DNA of 64,000 bases, from NCBI GenBank assembly GCA_963693365.1, contig CAVNZM010000004.1, forward strand, positions 13,377,088 through 13,441,087, written 5' to 3'. The first letter of the stretch is position 1. Each line of letters begins with the position of its first letter. Positions 1 through 10,731 of this stretch are shown one piece after another. The DNA comes from Amoebidium appalachense (taxonomy: Eukaryota > Protista > Ichthyosporea). A program made the position numbers and the translations under genes. The notes under the pieces were generated by a model. The model was given only the letters and a program-made list of their open reading frames with translations, was not told the DNA's origin and ran no database searches.

Positions 1-676
1 GATATTGCCGTAGGTGTTGAAGAAAGAGACAATGGAGGACGCTGAGAAGACTTACGGAAAGGGGGGAGAAAGAGGGTAGGGGGGAGCAGAGGGTGTTGAG
101 CAGGGTTGAATGTGCTGGAGCACAACTTAAGGCATTGCGCAGGGGGGAAGGGGGTGGGGGGAAGACGGGGGCAAGGGCGGAAGGGGGATAGTAGTGAAAT
201 AGGCCAGAGTGTCTGGGCGAGCTGGCCCCTAGCATATGTACGAAAGGAGGGACAGAAAGCAGGGGGATGGGGGGAAGTGGTGGAAAGGGGTTACAGAAAG
301 AGGAAAACGGGGAGGGGGAGAGGAAGAGAGGAGGGGAAGAAGGGAGGAAGAGAGTTAAGTACGGTGGGAGCAAGGGATGAAGGGGGGAGGGGGGGGGGAG
401 GGGGGAGGGGGGGGGGGGGGGGGGGATCTGGAGAGAGCGCATGGACTCGAGGGCTCCCATAATTGCTTGAGTTATAAGGGGAGAAAAGGGAAACCGAAAA
501 GTTTAAAAACAAGCCAGGTGTGGTGGGCAGCAGGAGGCGTGTGGCATCCAGAGACGGCTATGTTGACGAATGAACAAGGAAGGGGGAGGGAGGCGAGGGG
601 GGGAGGGGAGAGGGCCGGGGGGGAGGGGGGGGAGGGGGGGGGGGGGGGGAAGGAGGGGGGAGGGGGAGGAACGTAC

Positions 677-772
677 CACGCGCTCGTCCTCTTGTGCCTT
701 GTGCACGTAGATCACTATCCCCACAAAAGACACTATAGAGAGCCCCAGCGTGAACTTGGCGGCCCGTGACAT
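677..772 (-). CDS. PET117: PET117-like cytochrome c oxidase assembly factor, exon 1 (downstream exon not located, probably off-window)
   Basis: 32 codons MSRAAKFTLGLSIVSFVGIVIYVHKAQEDERV resemble the PET117 N-terminus (MSRxxKxxLxxS..TM..VHxxQxxE); ends at a phase-0 GTACGT donor (676). Confidence 0.8.
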
Positions 773-1518
773 CCTGCCGCTGATACCCGCAAGCTGCTTG
801 CTACACTGAGGTTATGGGCTTTCCAAAGCTTGAACTTCAACGATGTTTGACACAACCGGGTAATCCCGGGTATCCTTGTCTGCTCACCACGCTACCTGCT
901 CCAGCTCAACTTACAGGTCTTCTGTGTGTACCAGCAAAAACAGCATGCAGCCGCACGGCACACTGCTCAAGCTGAAACCATGCCTTGCTACAAGCCTCCC
1001 CTTGTGTTCTCCGAAGTTGATGATCTTGAAGCTTCCAAATGAAGGCGTGCTCGTGGCACACGCCCAACGGTTAAAATGTGCCCGTGAGCGGACCGCCCGC
1101 ATTCCATCAAATTAGTGCGCCAATCACAAGTGTCTTGAGTTAGCAGACTTGCATTCCAGAGGGGAGGGAGCATCAGCCACCGTGTGTCACACAAGGCCTC
1201 TGACGGGCCTGGAAACGGAGGAGTGCAGATCGGAACGCAAAAATGGAACCGGCTGGGTTGGACAAAGATTCGATCCAAGTATTCATCCAAGTTGCCAAGT
1301 ATATCGACTCAGCGCTGTGAAAGAAACATCGTTATACAAGTATACAAGTCACAAAGGTTGTATTTTCATTTTATGTACACAAATACACACACACACGCAC
1401 ACACAAACACACAGAGATTGGCCGTGGAGCTGGTGTGGTTACATACATGTGCCATCTGGGGGGTTTAGAAAAGATGTGAAGTTCAACGGTTGTTCCTAAG
1501 GCCCTATTAGCTAACGGT

Positions 1519-1566
<48 letters not shown>

Positions 1567-2433
1567 GGAGGGGAGGGGCACTGGCGCACACAGTCTCACG
1601 TGTATATACACATACTACACATACAAACAAGTATGTCCACGCTCTCACTCTGGAACTTAAAAAAGAGTCAGGGGAGAGACAACACAGCCCGTGGGATTAG
1701 CACCGTAAGTTACACAAACGCTCCGGCACCAAGTGGCAGCACCGACCACACGCTACTTTGCACGACTCTACCAAAACACTGGGGCACAAGTCACACGCCC
1801 ACTGTGACTCGCAGCACACGCGTGCACGTGCACACACACCGCTCATGACACCATGGAGCAGCCTAAAACAAAAGAACTTTTCCGTACAAGTTTTCTACGA
1901 CTATGTTGAAGAGAAGAAGCTGGCAGATGGGGAGAAGAGATGAAGAGGTGCGCACCTACAAGCACTTACACAACACCGACGACACGCAATCATCACCGTC
2001 GGCACACACTAATACAGCTTATATACCACACGCTGGAAGGGTGACAAGTACGCACCCAGTGCCTGCCGCCCACACACCCACAACTAGCAAGCACACACAT
2101 ACACGCTCACACAGACACAGAGACACACGCACGTACACGCAAACTGAGCATGCAGAAGCTTCCTTAGAGAGATACATAAACGTTGTTCGGCACAAGTACT
2201 TACAGAAGGACTTGGTGGGGGATGGAGGACGGGCTGAGGGAGAGGCGAATATTCTGGGTACTGAATAGACCCGGCGCCGAAGAGGGACAACTCACGACCA
2301 TTGATGACCGGGCGATTGGCGACCAACACAGTTATGGAAGTTGAGGACAAAGGGGGGATATAGAGTGGGGGAAGGTGGGGGGCTTTCGAGGAGGGGGTGG
2401 ATGGGGGGGGTGAGGGGAGGGGCAATGGCTGCG

Positions 2434-2470
<37 letters not shown>

Positions 2471-3401
2471 CGGGTTTGTTTTGCTTCCAACTATTCCCAC
2501 CCTCCTCCCGCCCCCGCCCTCGCTGCACGTTGAAAAAGCCCTTTTTTGGGTGTATTTATAATCCGACACCAACTTTGCACATGTCTGCTCAGAAGCTCCT
2601 TCGGATCTTTGTACAGGGGCACAGGGGCGTACAGGGGCACAGGGGCATTTCCTGCACGGAGTAACAAGGCCCCGTGACACTCGAGCAAAGTCTTGCTTAC
2701 ACAACAAGGTAAAGAGGAGAAAACGTAAACAACCGCTCAGCTACGAACTACGCGATAGGCCATTTTGCCCGCCAAAACCAGCCTACTACTATTTTCGGAA
2801 CACGCCTCTCATTTTATATTCCCGGCCGAGGCTGGAAGCCGAAGACGGGTTGTGTGACACAGATAGACCTGCACGGATAGGGGTGCATCTAACACGTACT
2901 GACGTGTTGCCGCACGTGCGACGTTTTTACATCTACTCAGGCGGCTTTTAAGTAAAAAAAAAAAAAAAAAAAAAAAAAAGGAGACACCGCCTCAGTAGGT
3001 GGTAGGGGGTGCATTGGCATGCATATCATGTTCGGGTCAGGCTGGAATAAGCCTGACCCGGAACTGAGCTTCAGATCGTGACGCATACGTTTCCAGGCCT
3101 GTCAGAGTAGGAGGCCTTGATGTCACACCAGTGCTGACAGCACGGCCATCTTGAAAGCAGTTCAAGATAGCCGTGGCTGACAGTGTGTGAGGCCTCTTGA
3201 TTCTTGAAGCCCTCCGGCTTCCAGTCATGACTCCGGCTGAGTCCTTGACTCCTGGCAGGCCTTGCCCGTATCAAAAGTTGAGCCGTGCTAGGTTCTTAGG
3301 CTAGTGAGGTTAGCAAAGCACTTCTCTCGTCTCTTTCCATATGTTTCTGAGGCCTATTCAGATTTTTTACCCTTAAGTGTAAGGTAGCTCTGCCTTTTAA
3401 A

Positions 3402-4548
3402 ATGGACCATGGTGTGGTGGGTGATATACCACCAGCGAAAGAAAAAGAAAAGGCGCCAGTCAGTAGGCACTCTTGGAACCAGCACGGCCGGAACCTCAGT
3501 TGGGTCCAAGCACACACATACACATAATGACACACTTCAGCCAACAGACACTACGCCCACTATTGACACACACGTGCGCAAGTGCACGCCAGAATGGCAC
3601 GATTCCAGAGCATCACGTGTTTTTCTCTTTATGGAAGACCCGGCCGAGGTGGATCGATGTTGTCCCCGTGGGGTTCCCCCCAAGTATTCTTGGGTGTGGA
3701 CAGTCACCATGGTGCTTATCATCCTCATGTCCATCATAGTGGTTACACGTATAACCTTATATCCAATCGAGGAAAATATAGGTTGGAGAAACACAGTAAT
3801 TGCCCTTGACTCGCTGGCAACGCTTTTCTTTCTGGTTGACCTTGTGACCAGGTTTTGTACCTTCTGGAGCCCGCTACGTTTCTGGAAAGACTGGATGAAC
3901 TGGACAGACCTTCTCTCCGTTCTTGCCTACTTTATTCAGGTTCCGCTGACGCTCACAGGCCACTCCGACGACAGTGCATTTCTCCGCATATTCCGGTTTG
4001 GACGTGTTTTCCGCTTTGCAAGGTACGCACGTCACTGGCCCATCACCGTGGTTTTCTCCACCTCCCTGTTCAAGGCCGCTGAGGGCATCTACTTCCTGAC
4101 AGCATGCATAGTGTTTTGTGTTTTGTTTTTCGGCATGACTTTGTTTTACGCAAGCGCCTACCAAGCCAAACGAGACCCAGCAGGGACGTTGATATACAAC
4201 AGGGGGCCAGAGGAAGGCAAGCCGGCCTTCTTCCAGAACCTGGTTGTGTCGTTTTGGTATGCGCTTCTTTTGTTGACGGGTAACGTAGGTAGTTTTCCCC
4301 CCACTGTCATAGAGCGGATCTTTACCGTCACCATGGTGTTTGTGGGGCTGATTGTTCTTGCTTTTCCCGTGACTATTCTGGGGTTGGGATTTGCTGAGGC
4401 CTTTGAAGACTACGATAAGGCACGAAAGGACAAGCAGAGAGCCCTTGCACGGACGCAAAGAGCAAAGGAAACGGCCCGAGTCAACGGTTCTGGTGGTTCG
4501 AAACTCGACGGTCGGGTCTTGACTGCAACGAGACCGGCGATAGCGTAA
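3402..4548 (+). CDS. Voltage-gated K+ channel-like (Kv, 6TM/Ion_trans) protein with non-canonical pore filter
   Basis: Pre-S1 RVFLFMEDP; S2-S3 FFLVDLVTRF...WMNWTDLLSVL; S4 FLRIFRFGRVFRFARYARH; pore helix FQNLVVSFWYALLLLT; S6 GLIVLAFPVTILGLGF. Likely exon 1 is 3402-3462 (phase-1 GTAGGC), spliced to the CAG acceptor before 3593. Confidence 0.88.
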
Positions 4549-4640
4549 CACTTCTCAGCCGTGCTTTTACTCTTTTCCCCACCGCTTTTCCGGGTAGGGA
4601 TGGGAACACAGAGGGGGAGGGTGGGGGGGTTCATTCACGG

Positions 4641-4976
4641 ATGAAATGGAGCATTGATATGCAGGAACTTACACCCACCAAGGAAGTGTATGGTGAGGAG
4701 GTGGAGTCTTTAGAGCGGTTTTTGTCGAAGGTCAGAAAAAACATTGACACAACTGCCGCCCATCTAAACGAGTTGAAGGGACTGGAAAATGCGCTTGTGA
4801 TGTCGCTGGAAAGGGCAAAAGAGAATGCGCTCAGGCAGGCAAGAAAGGGCAAGAACAGTGTGGGTGACGAGCCGAGTGGGCCAATTTCAAGCCGGCGTGA
4901 AAAGAAGGGGGAAGGGATGGATGACTATGGGACTGATGTGGGCACACAGAGCACAACACTAAAAGTGGATGAATAG
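4641..4976 (+). CDS. Probable C-terminal coiled-coil exon of the Kv-like channel
   Basis: Charged heptad-like ORF (ESLERFLSKVRKNIDTTAAHLNELKGLENALVMSLERAKE) 90 nt after the channel ORF, with a candidate TGCAG acceptor at 4660-4664 and AATAAA downstream. The exact splice junction is unresolved. Confidence 0.5.
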   Translation: MKWSIDMQELTPTKEVYGEEVESLERFLSKVRKNIDTTAAHLNELKGLENALVMSLERAKENALRQARKGKNSVGDEPSGPISSRREKKGEGMDDYGTDVGTQSTTLKVDE

Positions 4977-5342
4977 TTTATTTATAAAAACCGTTTGTTG
5001 TTGAATGAGCAGTATTCTTCGATATAAATATATACTCGTTTTATCCGCCCGGGGAGGGGGGGGGGGGGGAAATAAAAAGTTTTAAGGACAATTATGAATT
5101 TGCATTCTGGCACACAACCACTGCAGTGTGCATATTTCTTGTTGTCTGAAAGAATTTTGTTGTAATTACTGGGGCATGATGTGGGTGTTCACTTGATGAT
5201 TTGGCAGCTGTTGGTTGCACTCGTACCATTTTGATGATACAGGAATGAGATAAGGTAACCATGTGTGGTTTACTTGCTAAATGTTGACTTTGATATCGGA
5301 ATGGTAGGTTGTTTTGGAGGTCGAACATGTACGCACATCCAA

Positions 5343-5383
<41 letters not shown>

Positions 5384-5480
5384 CACATACAAACACATGG
5401 GCGCGTGCACGCACACATACACACACACGCGCGCGCGCGCACACGCACACACGCACAAGCAACCCCCCCCCCCCCCCCCC

Positions 5481-6245
5481 TGTTGGACATTGTGTTCATA
5501 GAAGCTAGTTCTAGTGCACGTTGTTCCTTCTGTAAGTCAGAAATGATTGCATCTTGTGAGGCCAACCTCTGCTCCAGTAGTTGGACTAGTTGCTGCAACT
5601 GTAAGTTGTCAGACATAGTGTCGTGTATGATGGGTAACTAGTCTATGTGTTTTGTGCACTGGAAACGACAGTAGAAAAGTGTAAATCAAACGTTCTGCTT
5701 CCCATGTTTGTGACATGGGAGGCACTGCTTTATATAGTCGTTGGCCACCTCATGGTGGCCTCGTGTGCACCCTGGTGGTGGGCCATGTACAGCATGGCCG
5801 AAAAGAGAGCACAATGAAAACAAGTCGTTAAAGATATAAAAGTTAACTGTGCACGTTGAGTGGCTAGTTAACTTGCACTAAAGCACACAAATAAACGTGT
5901 TTAACACACCAATTGCAGTTAAACGTAAATCTTGCTTCACACAACTAAAAATATTCTGAGAATATCCGGGAATAAAGCACACTACCACTCTAAGAATAGA
6001 ATCCTGTGGCAAATATAGACATGACATCATCTGAACCGGGAATATTAATTAATGAGCACAATTAGCACGTTGCTAGTGAAGCTCGTCATTGGTACAGTTT
6101 TGGCTCAAACATATAACTACCATATATGAATATGACCGTAAACAAAAGCTCTATGCACTCGAGTGAGTGTTGAAACAGTTATTCAATTGCTCAGAAACTT
6201 TCTCTAACAGACATTGCTAGCCGGGAGTACCAGTGTACTCCAACA
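5481..6245 (-). repeat. 3' LTR of the copia element
   Basis: Matches 10596-11360 with no differences noticed by eye; TG...CA termini. Confidence 0.97.
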
Positions 6246-6256
6246 CCCCTACTCAA
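6246..6256 (-). promoter_or_regulatory. Polypurine tract (TGAGTAGGGG) abutting the 3' LTR
   Basis: Purine-rich tract immediately before the 3' LTR on the element strand; a second copy occurs at ~6332-6344. Confidence 0.75.
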
Positions 6257-6432
6257 TTGGATAATTGTGGTATGAATTAATGCAACTGAGCTCGAGTGCT
6301 TCAGGTGCACAAAATACAGACAATAAAGATTCCCCTACTCAATTTTAGTATGGTACACGTAGTTGCACAGTCGGATGCAACTCTCTCCCCCCCCCCTGAA
6401 GTATGAGGGCGCAGTTGGTTGATGACGGGTGC

Positions 6433-9400
6433 TCAGCACATGTTGAGCATCCCCACGGCCTTGGTGAAGAAAGAGGCAGACAGGGCCTTGGTGAACATGT
6501 CGGCCTTGTTGTCAGCAGAAGCCACCGGGACCACAGTGATGTTGCCCAGCAGGTGATGTTCCTTGACGGAGCAGTAGCGGACGTCGATGTGCTTGGTCTT
6601 GGGCTTAACCCCCAGGGTGTCCAGCAGGGCCCGGGCAGACTCATTGTCCCCATGGATGGGCACCGGGGTGGGCTCATTGATAGGATTAAGGCCCAGGTCG
6701 TCCATCACATAGTTGAGCCATAGGGCCTCGTTCGTAGCAGCAGACATGGCCACAAATTCAGCCTCAGTGGAGCTGTGGGTGGTGATGGACTGGAGCCGAG
6801 ACACCCAGGACACAGGGGAGGAGTTTATGAAGAAGACATAGCCCGTGGTGGAGCGCCGGGTGTCGCGGTCCTCGGCGTAGTCGGAGTCGGAGTAGCCAAC
6901 AAGGTTGGGGGGGCCGGGACGGTAGACAATACCCAGGTCGATGGTGGCCAGCAGGTAGCTTACAACTCTGGTAGCCATAGTCCAGTGGGTGACGGTGGGC
7001 GCATGAATGTGTCGAGTAAGGACTCCCAGAGCCTGGGAAATGTCGGGGCGGGTGGTACGCGCAATCCACAGCAGGGCACCGACCAGGCTGGCATAGTCCT
7101 CCTTCTTGCTGTAGGCTGGGGTCTTGTTGCTTTCACTGGCCTGGCCCGGGACGATGGGGGTCTTGGTGCCGGACATGTGGGTGAGACGAAAACGGGCAGC
7201 CAAGTCGATGATGTGTTGACGATGGCCCAGACGCAGAGACCCGTCCTCCAGCCAGGTAAGAGTGTGCCCGATGAGCAGGGTAGGACGACCCAGGTCCTTG
7301 GCAGAGAAACGAGCATCCAGCTTGGTGAAAAAATCGTCGATGAGCGCATCAGTGGCGGCCGTCACGGTGAAGTCATCCACGTAGGCAGCAAGGGCAATAA
7401 ATGTTGGGGTCCCGGCATTCTTGATGAACAGGCACGGGTCAGCAGCACTCACAATGAAGCCTTGGTCGAGGAGATGGTCACGGAGGGCCTCATACCACTG
7501 GCGCGGTGCCTGTTTTAGGCCGTAGAGCGCCTTGTGGAGCAAGCCGACAGCATGGGGGGCCGAGGGGTTGACGAAGCCAGGGGGCTGCTCAATGTAGATG
7601 GTCTCGTTGACGGTGCCGTTGAGGAATGCTGTGTTGACGTCGATGTGGCGCAGAGGCAGACCTTGGGCCACGGAGGTAGCCAAAACCAGCCGGATGGTAG
7701 CCAGCGCAGCCACAGGTGACTCGGTGACGAAATAGTCCTGGCCAGGCTGCTGGTAGTTGCCCCGGGCCACAAGCCGGGCCTTGAAAACAGTGACGTTGCC
7801 GACGTTGTCCTGCTTGACCGTAAAGACCCAGCCGACCGGAATGACAGTGGAGCCATCCTCTGGACGGGGCACAAGGGTGAAGGTGCCGTTGTCTTCCAGG
7901 GCCTTGAGCTCACGGTGTGCAGCCTCCTCCCATTTCAGACGCTGGGGACTCTTGAGTGCAGCCCGGACAGTCTTGGGGACAACAATGGTGGAAGCCTTGA
8001 TGGGTGTTGATGCAGGAGCCGTAGCCTGGGGGGCAAGGGGGGCCGTAGCAGCAGCCACGTTGGCAGTCGGGCCTCGACGTTGGTCGTTGTACACAGCGCC
8101 ACTACGGGTCGTCCGGGGGAGCCGATGTGCAGGCTCGGGCAGGATCGGAATGTCCAATTGATCACTCGGCGCTGTCCCATTGGCTGACAGACGAGACGAA
8201 TCAGATTGCTGATCATTCCGGACGATGTGATTGGCTGGCTGATTTGACGAATCAGATGACTCCAAAAAATGATGAATTGCCGGTGCGGTCGACCAATCAG
8301 ATGGGACATCACGGAGGGGGTGCAGAATAGCAGCCTCGTCGAACTGCACGTCACGGCTGACGGTCATCTTGTGTGCTGCTGGAATCCAGACCTTGTAGCC
8401 CTTGATGTTAGGAGGGTAGCCCACGAAGACGCCCTTGACGGCACGAGGCGCCAGTTTCGGTGTATCCTGTTGATGGACGTAGCAGGGAGAGCCCCAGACA
8501 CGGAGCCGGCTGTAGTCGGGAGGAATGCCGGTCCACAGCAGAGCGGGAGACGATTGGCTGCCGGTGGCTCGCGACGGGAGCATGTTGCGTATAAAAGCCG
8601 CGGTCACAGCTGCCTCGGCCCAGAATCCCACCGGAAGGCCGGACTGCTGCAGGAGTGCCCGAACCATGTCGAGGAGGGTCCGGTTCAGTCGTTCGGCAGT
8701 CCCATTCTGTTGAGGAGAGCCGGTGGTAGTGATCTGATGGCGAATGCCATGCTCACGGTTGTAGTCCCCGAAGGCCGTGCCCATGTACTCGCCCCCCCCG
8801 TCGGACTGAAACACCTGCATGGGAACACCGTGTTGGGTAACCGCCGCCTTGTGGTACGTCACATATGCAGCCAGTGTGTCCGACTTCTTGACGAGGGGCA
8901 CGGCCGTGGTGTGGCCGGTGAATTCGTCGTGGAACGTCGCCAAGTACTGAGCACCACCGATCGCGGGAGGGAAGGGGCCGCTGATGTCGCTGTGAACCTT
9001 GGCTAGGACCCGGGGAGCTTGGCTAGTTGATTCGGAGAAGGCAACACGGTGGGCTTTGCCGAGGGCACAGGGCTCACACACACCCGGAGACTTGGCACCG
9101 CCACCCACCAACAGGCCTGCAGACTTGATGACCGAGCGTACAGCGTCAATGCCAGCATGGCCCAGACGGTAGTGCCACGTGTTGAGGTCGGCAGTAACCT
9201 TGAGGATACGCGGAGCAGTGGTGGTTTGGGCGTCCGGGGTTGTGTCCGCGCGCAGAAGAGACACCGCCATGTGGTACAGCTTGGTGCCGACAGCCGAGCC
9301 GGTGGCCAGAATTTGATCGCCGTAGCACAACTTAACGCCGCCGCGGGTGTCAAAGCGGGGTAAAACACCGTTGGTAGTTGCCGTGAACACACTGATGAGA

Positions 9401-10731
9401 GTGTCGGGGATGGAGGGCACGTAGAGTACATCCGTCAGCTGATGCACCGCAGTAACGCCGTCGATGGTGCTGGAAAAGAACACGTCGCCCACCCCAAGCA
9501 CTGCACATGCACCCTTGTCGGCTACTTGGACCGTGGAGTAAGGCGCCGCACGCATGTTGATGAACACATCGGGCCGGGGGCACACATGGTCAGTGGCTCC
9601 AGAGTCGAGGAGCACCTTGTTGGTGCCACAGTCGTTGCTAGACATGAGGAAAGCCCGGGGAGCGGCAGCCCCCCCCTTGCACTGTGCCGTAGTGTGGGTA
9701 GTAGAGGCAGGGTGGTTGATGCAGGACCCAGGCAGGAGGGGACCACCCTTAGGTTTGCGGCCGTTGGCACGGTTGCCCCCCTTGCACATGGCGGTAGTGT
9801 GACTGGTAGACAGTGGGTGGTTGACGCAGGAACCCTTGGGGTAGGTGCTGGCACGGTTGTTGCCAGAGTTGCTGTGTTGGCCGTTGCCGTTGGGGCACTG
9901 AGACTTGATGTGGCCTGGTTTGCCGCAGCCGTGGCAGATGACAGGTTGAGGAGCCCGTGTGGTGAAGGCGGCCGGCCCGGAGCTGGTAGTCACACGTGCA
10001 CGTGGGTGGCTGGTCTCATATGCCCGTAGCTGTTGGAGGAGGCCCATCACGGTAGGCTTGGGTGTCATCTTGTAGGCAATTACAGGCATTTCGTAGTAAG
10101 GCACCTTGCCGAGGTCGTTGGTGAGCTTGGTCAGCACTTGAGCATCACCAATTTGTGTGCCGTAATCGGCCAGGCGCCGCACGTAGCCGCGGAGTTTCAT
10201 GGCGTATTTCGTCGCGGTGTCCGTAGGTTCAGGCGTAGAATTCATGTACAGCCCGATAAGGTCGTACTGATTGGCCTCAGATTGCTCCAGGTAGTGGGCA
10301 GATAGGGCCGACCATATCTCCGCAGGTGTGGTGGTGCGTGTTAACCCTAGGATACAACGCACGTCAATCGAGAGTGCTTGCCACAGGTAGGAACGGGCAG
10401 TGTCGACCTGTTCACGGGTAGCCGGGTGCTCCGTACTGGGCGCGATGGTGTGGAGAAGACCAGCACCAGAAAGCTGGACATACATGGTTTCGGCCCATGT
10501 GTGGTAGTCCGTGCCTGAATCATTATCAATGCCAGTGAAGAGAGGGATGTCGACCTTGAACTTGATGGAATCATTACGTGAGGGGCCCATAACCCTGTTG
10601 GACATTGTGTTCATAGAAGCTAGTTCTAGTGCACGTTGTTCCTTCTGTAAGTCAGAAATGATTGCATCTTGTGAGGCCAACCTCTGCTCCAGTAGTTGGA
10701 CTAGTTGCTGCAACTGTAAGTTGTCAGACAT
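6433..10731 (-). CDS. Copia Gag-Pol polyprotein, 1432 aa, uninterrupted
   Basis: CCHC knuckle CHGCGKPGHIKSQC; protease LLDSGATDH; GAG-pre-integrase WHYRLGH...CEPC; integrase VHSDISGP/QSDGGGEY/QQNGTAER; RT FKARLVARG, LYGLKQAPR, YVDD; RNase H YSDSDYA...KHIDVR. Confidence 0.98.
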   Translation of the reverse strand: MSDNLQLQQLVQLLEQRLASQDAIISDLQKEQRALELASMNTMSNRVMGPSRNDSIKFKVDIPLFTGIDNDSGTDYHTWAETMYVQLSGAGLLHTIAPSTEHPATREQVDTARSYLWQALSIDVRCILGLTRTTTPAEIWSALSAHYLEQSEANQYDLIGLYMNSTPEPTDTATKYAMKLRGYVRRLADYGTQIGDAQVLTKLTNDLGKVPYYEMPVIAYKMTPKPTVMGLLQQLRAYETSHPRARVTTSSGPAAFTTRAPQPVICHGCGKPGHIKSQCPNGNGQHSNSGNNRASTYPKGSCVNHPLSTSHTTAMCKGGNRANGRKPKGGPLLPGSCINHPASTTHTTAQCKGGAAAPRAFLMSSNDCGTNKVLLDSGATDHVCPRPDVFINMRAAPYSTVQVADKGACAVLGVGDVFFSSTIDGVTAVHQLTDVLYVPSIPDTLISVFTATTNGVLPRFDTRGGVKLCYGDQILATGSAVGTKLYHMAVSLLRADTTPDAQTTTAPRILKVTADLNTWHYRLGHAGIDAVRSVIKSAGLLVGGGAKSPGVCEPCALGKAHRVAFSESTSQAPRVLAKVHSDISGPFPPAIGGAQYLATFHDEFTGHTTAVPLVKKSDTLAAYVTYHKAAVTQHGVPMQVFQSDGGGEYMGTAFGDYNREHGIRHQITTTGSPQQNGTAERLNRTLLDMVRALLQQSGLPVGFWAEAAVTAAFIRNMLPSRATGSQSSPALLWTGIPPDYSRLRVWGSPCYVHQQDTPKLAPRAVKGVFVGYPPNIKGYKVWIPAAHKMTVSRDVQFDEAAILHPLRDVPSDWSTAPAIHHFLESSDSSNQPANHIVRNDQQSDSSRLSANGTAPSDQLDIPILPEPAHRLPRTTRSGAVYNDQRRGPTANVAAATAPLAPQATAPASTPIKASTIVVPKTVRAALKSPQRLKWEEAAHRELKALEDNGTFTLVPRPEDGSTVIPVGWVFTVKQDNVGNVTVFKARLVARGNYQQPGQDYFVTESPVAALATIRLVLATSVAQGLPLRHIDVNTAFLNGTVNETIYIEQPPGFVNPSAPHAVGLLHKALYGLKQAPRQWYEALRDHLLDQGFIVSAADPCLFIKNAGTPTFIALAAYVDDFTVTAATDALIDDFFTKLDARFSAKDLGRPTLLIGHTLTWLEDGSLRLGHRQHIIDLAARFRLTHMSGTKTPIVPGQASESNKTPAYSKKEDYASLVGALLWIARTTRPDISQALGVLTRHIHAPTVTHWTMATRVVSYLLATIDLGIVYRPGPPNLVGYSDSDYAEDRDTRRSTTGYVFFINSSPVSWVSRLQSITTHSSTEAEFVAMSAATNEALWLNYVMDDLGLNPINEPTPVPIHGDNESARALLDTLGVKPKTKHIDVRYCSVKEHHLLGNITVVPVASADNKADMFTKALSASFFTKAVGMLNMC
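10583..10595 (-). promoter_or_regulatory. Primer-binding site complementary to the anticodon arm of initiator tRNA-Met (half-tRNA priming)
   Basis: The - strand reads GGGTTATGGGCCC directly after the 5' LTR. The + strand GGGCCCATAACCC matches the tRNAiMet anticodon stem-loop, as in Drosophila copia and Ty5. Confidence 0.9.

Noticed and set aside
800-2710. Possible + strand gene between PET117 and the channel
   Set aside because: There are some exon-like pieces, but no phase-consistent model or recognisable domain could be built.
5092-5616. 174-aa ORF starting MSDNLQLQQ
   Set aside because: It is the LTR-encoded Gag start duplicated in the 3' LTR, running into flanking microsatellite.
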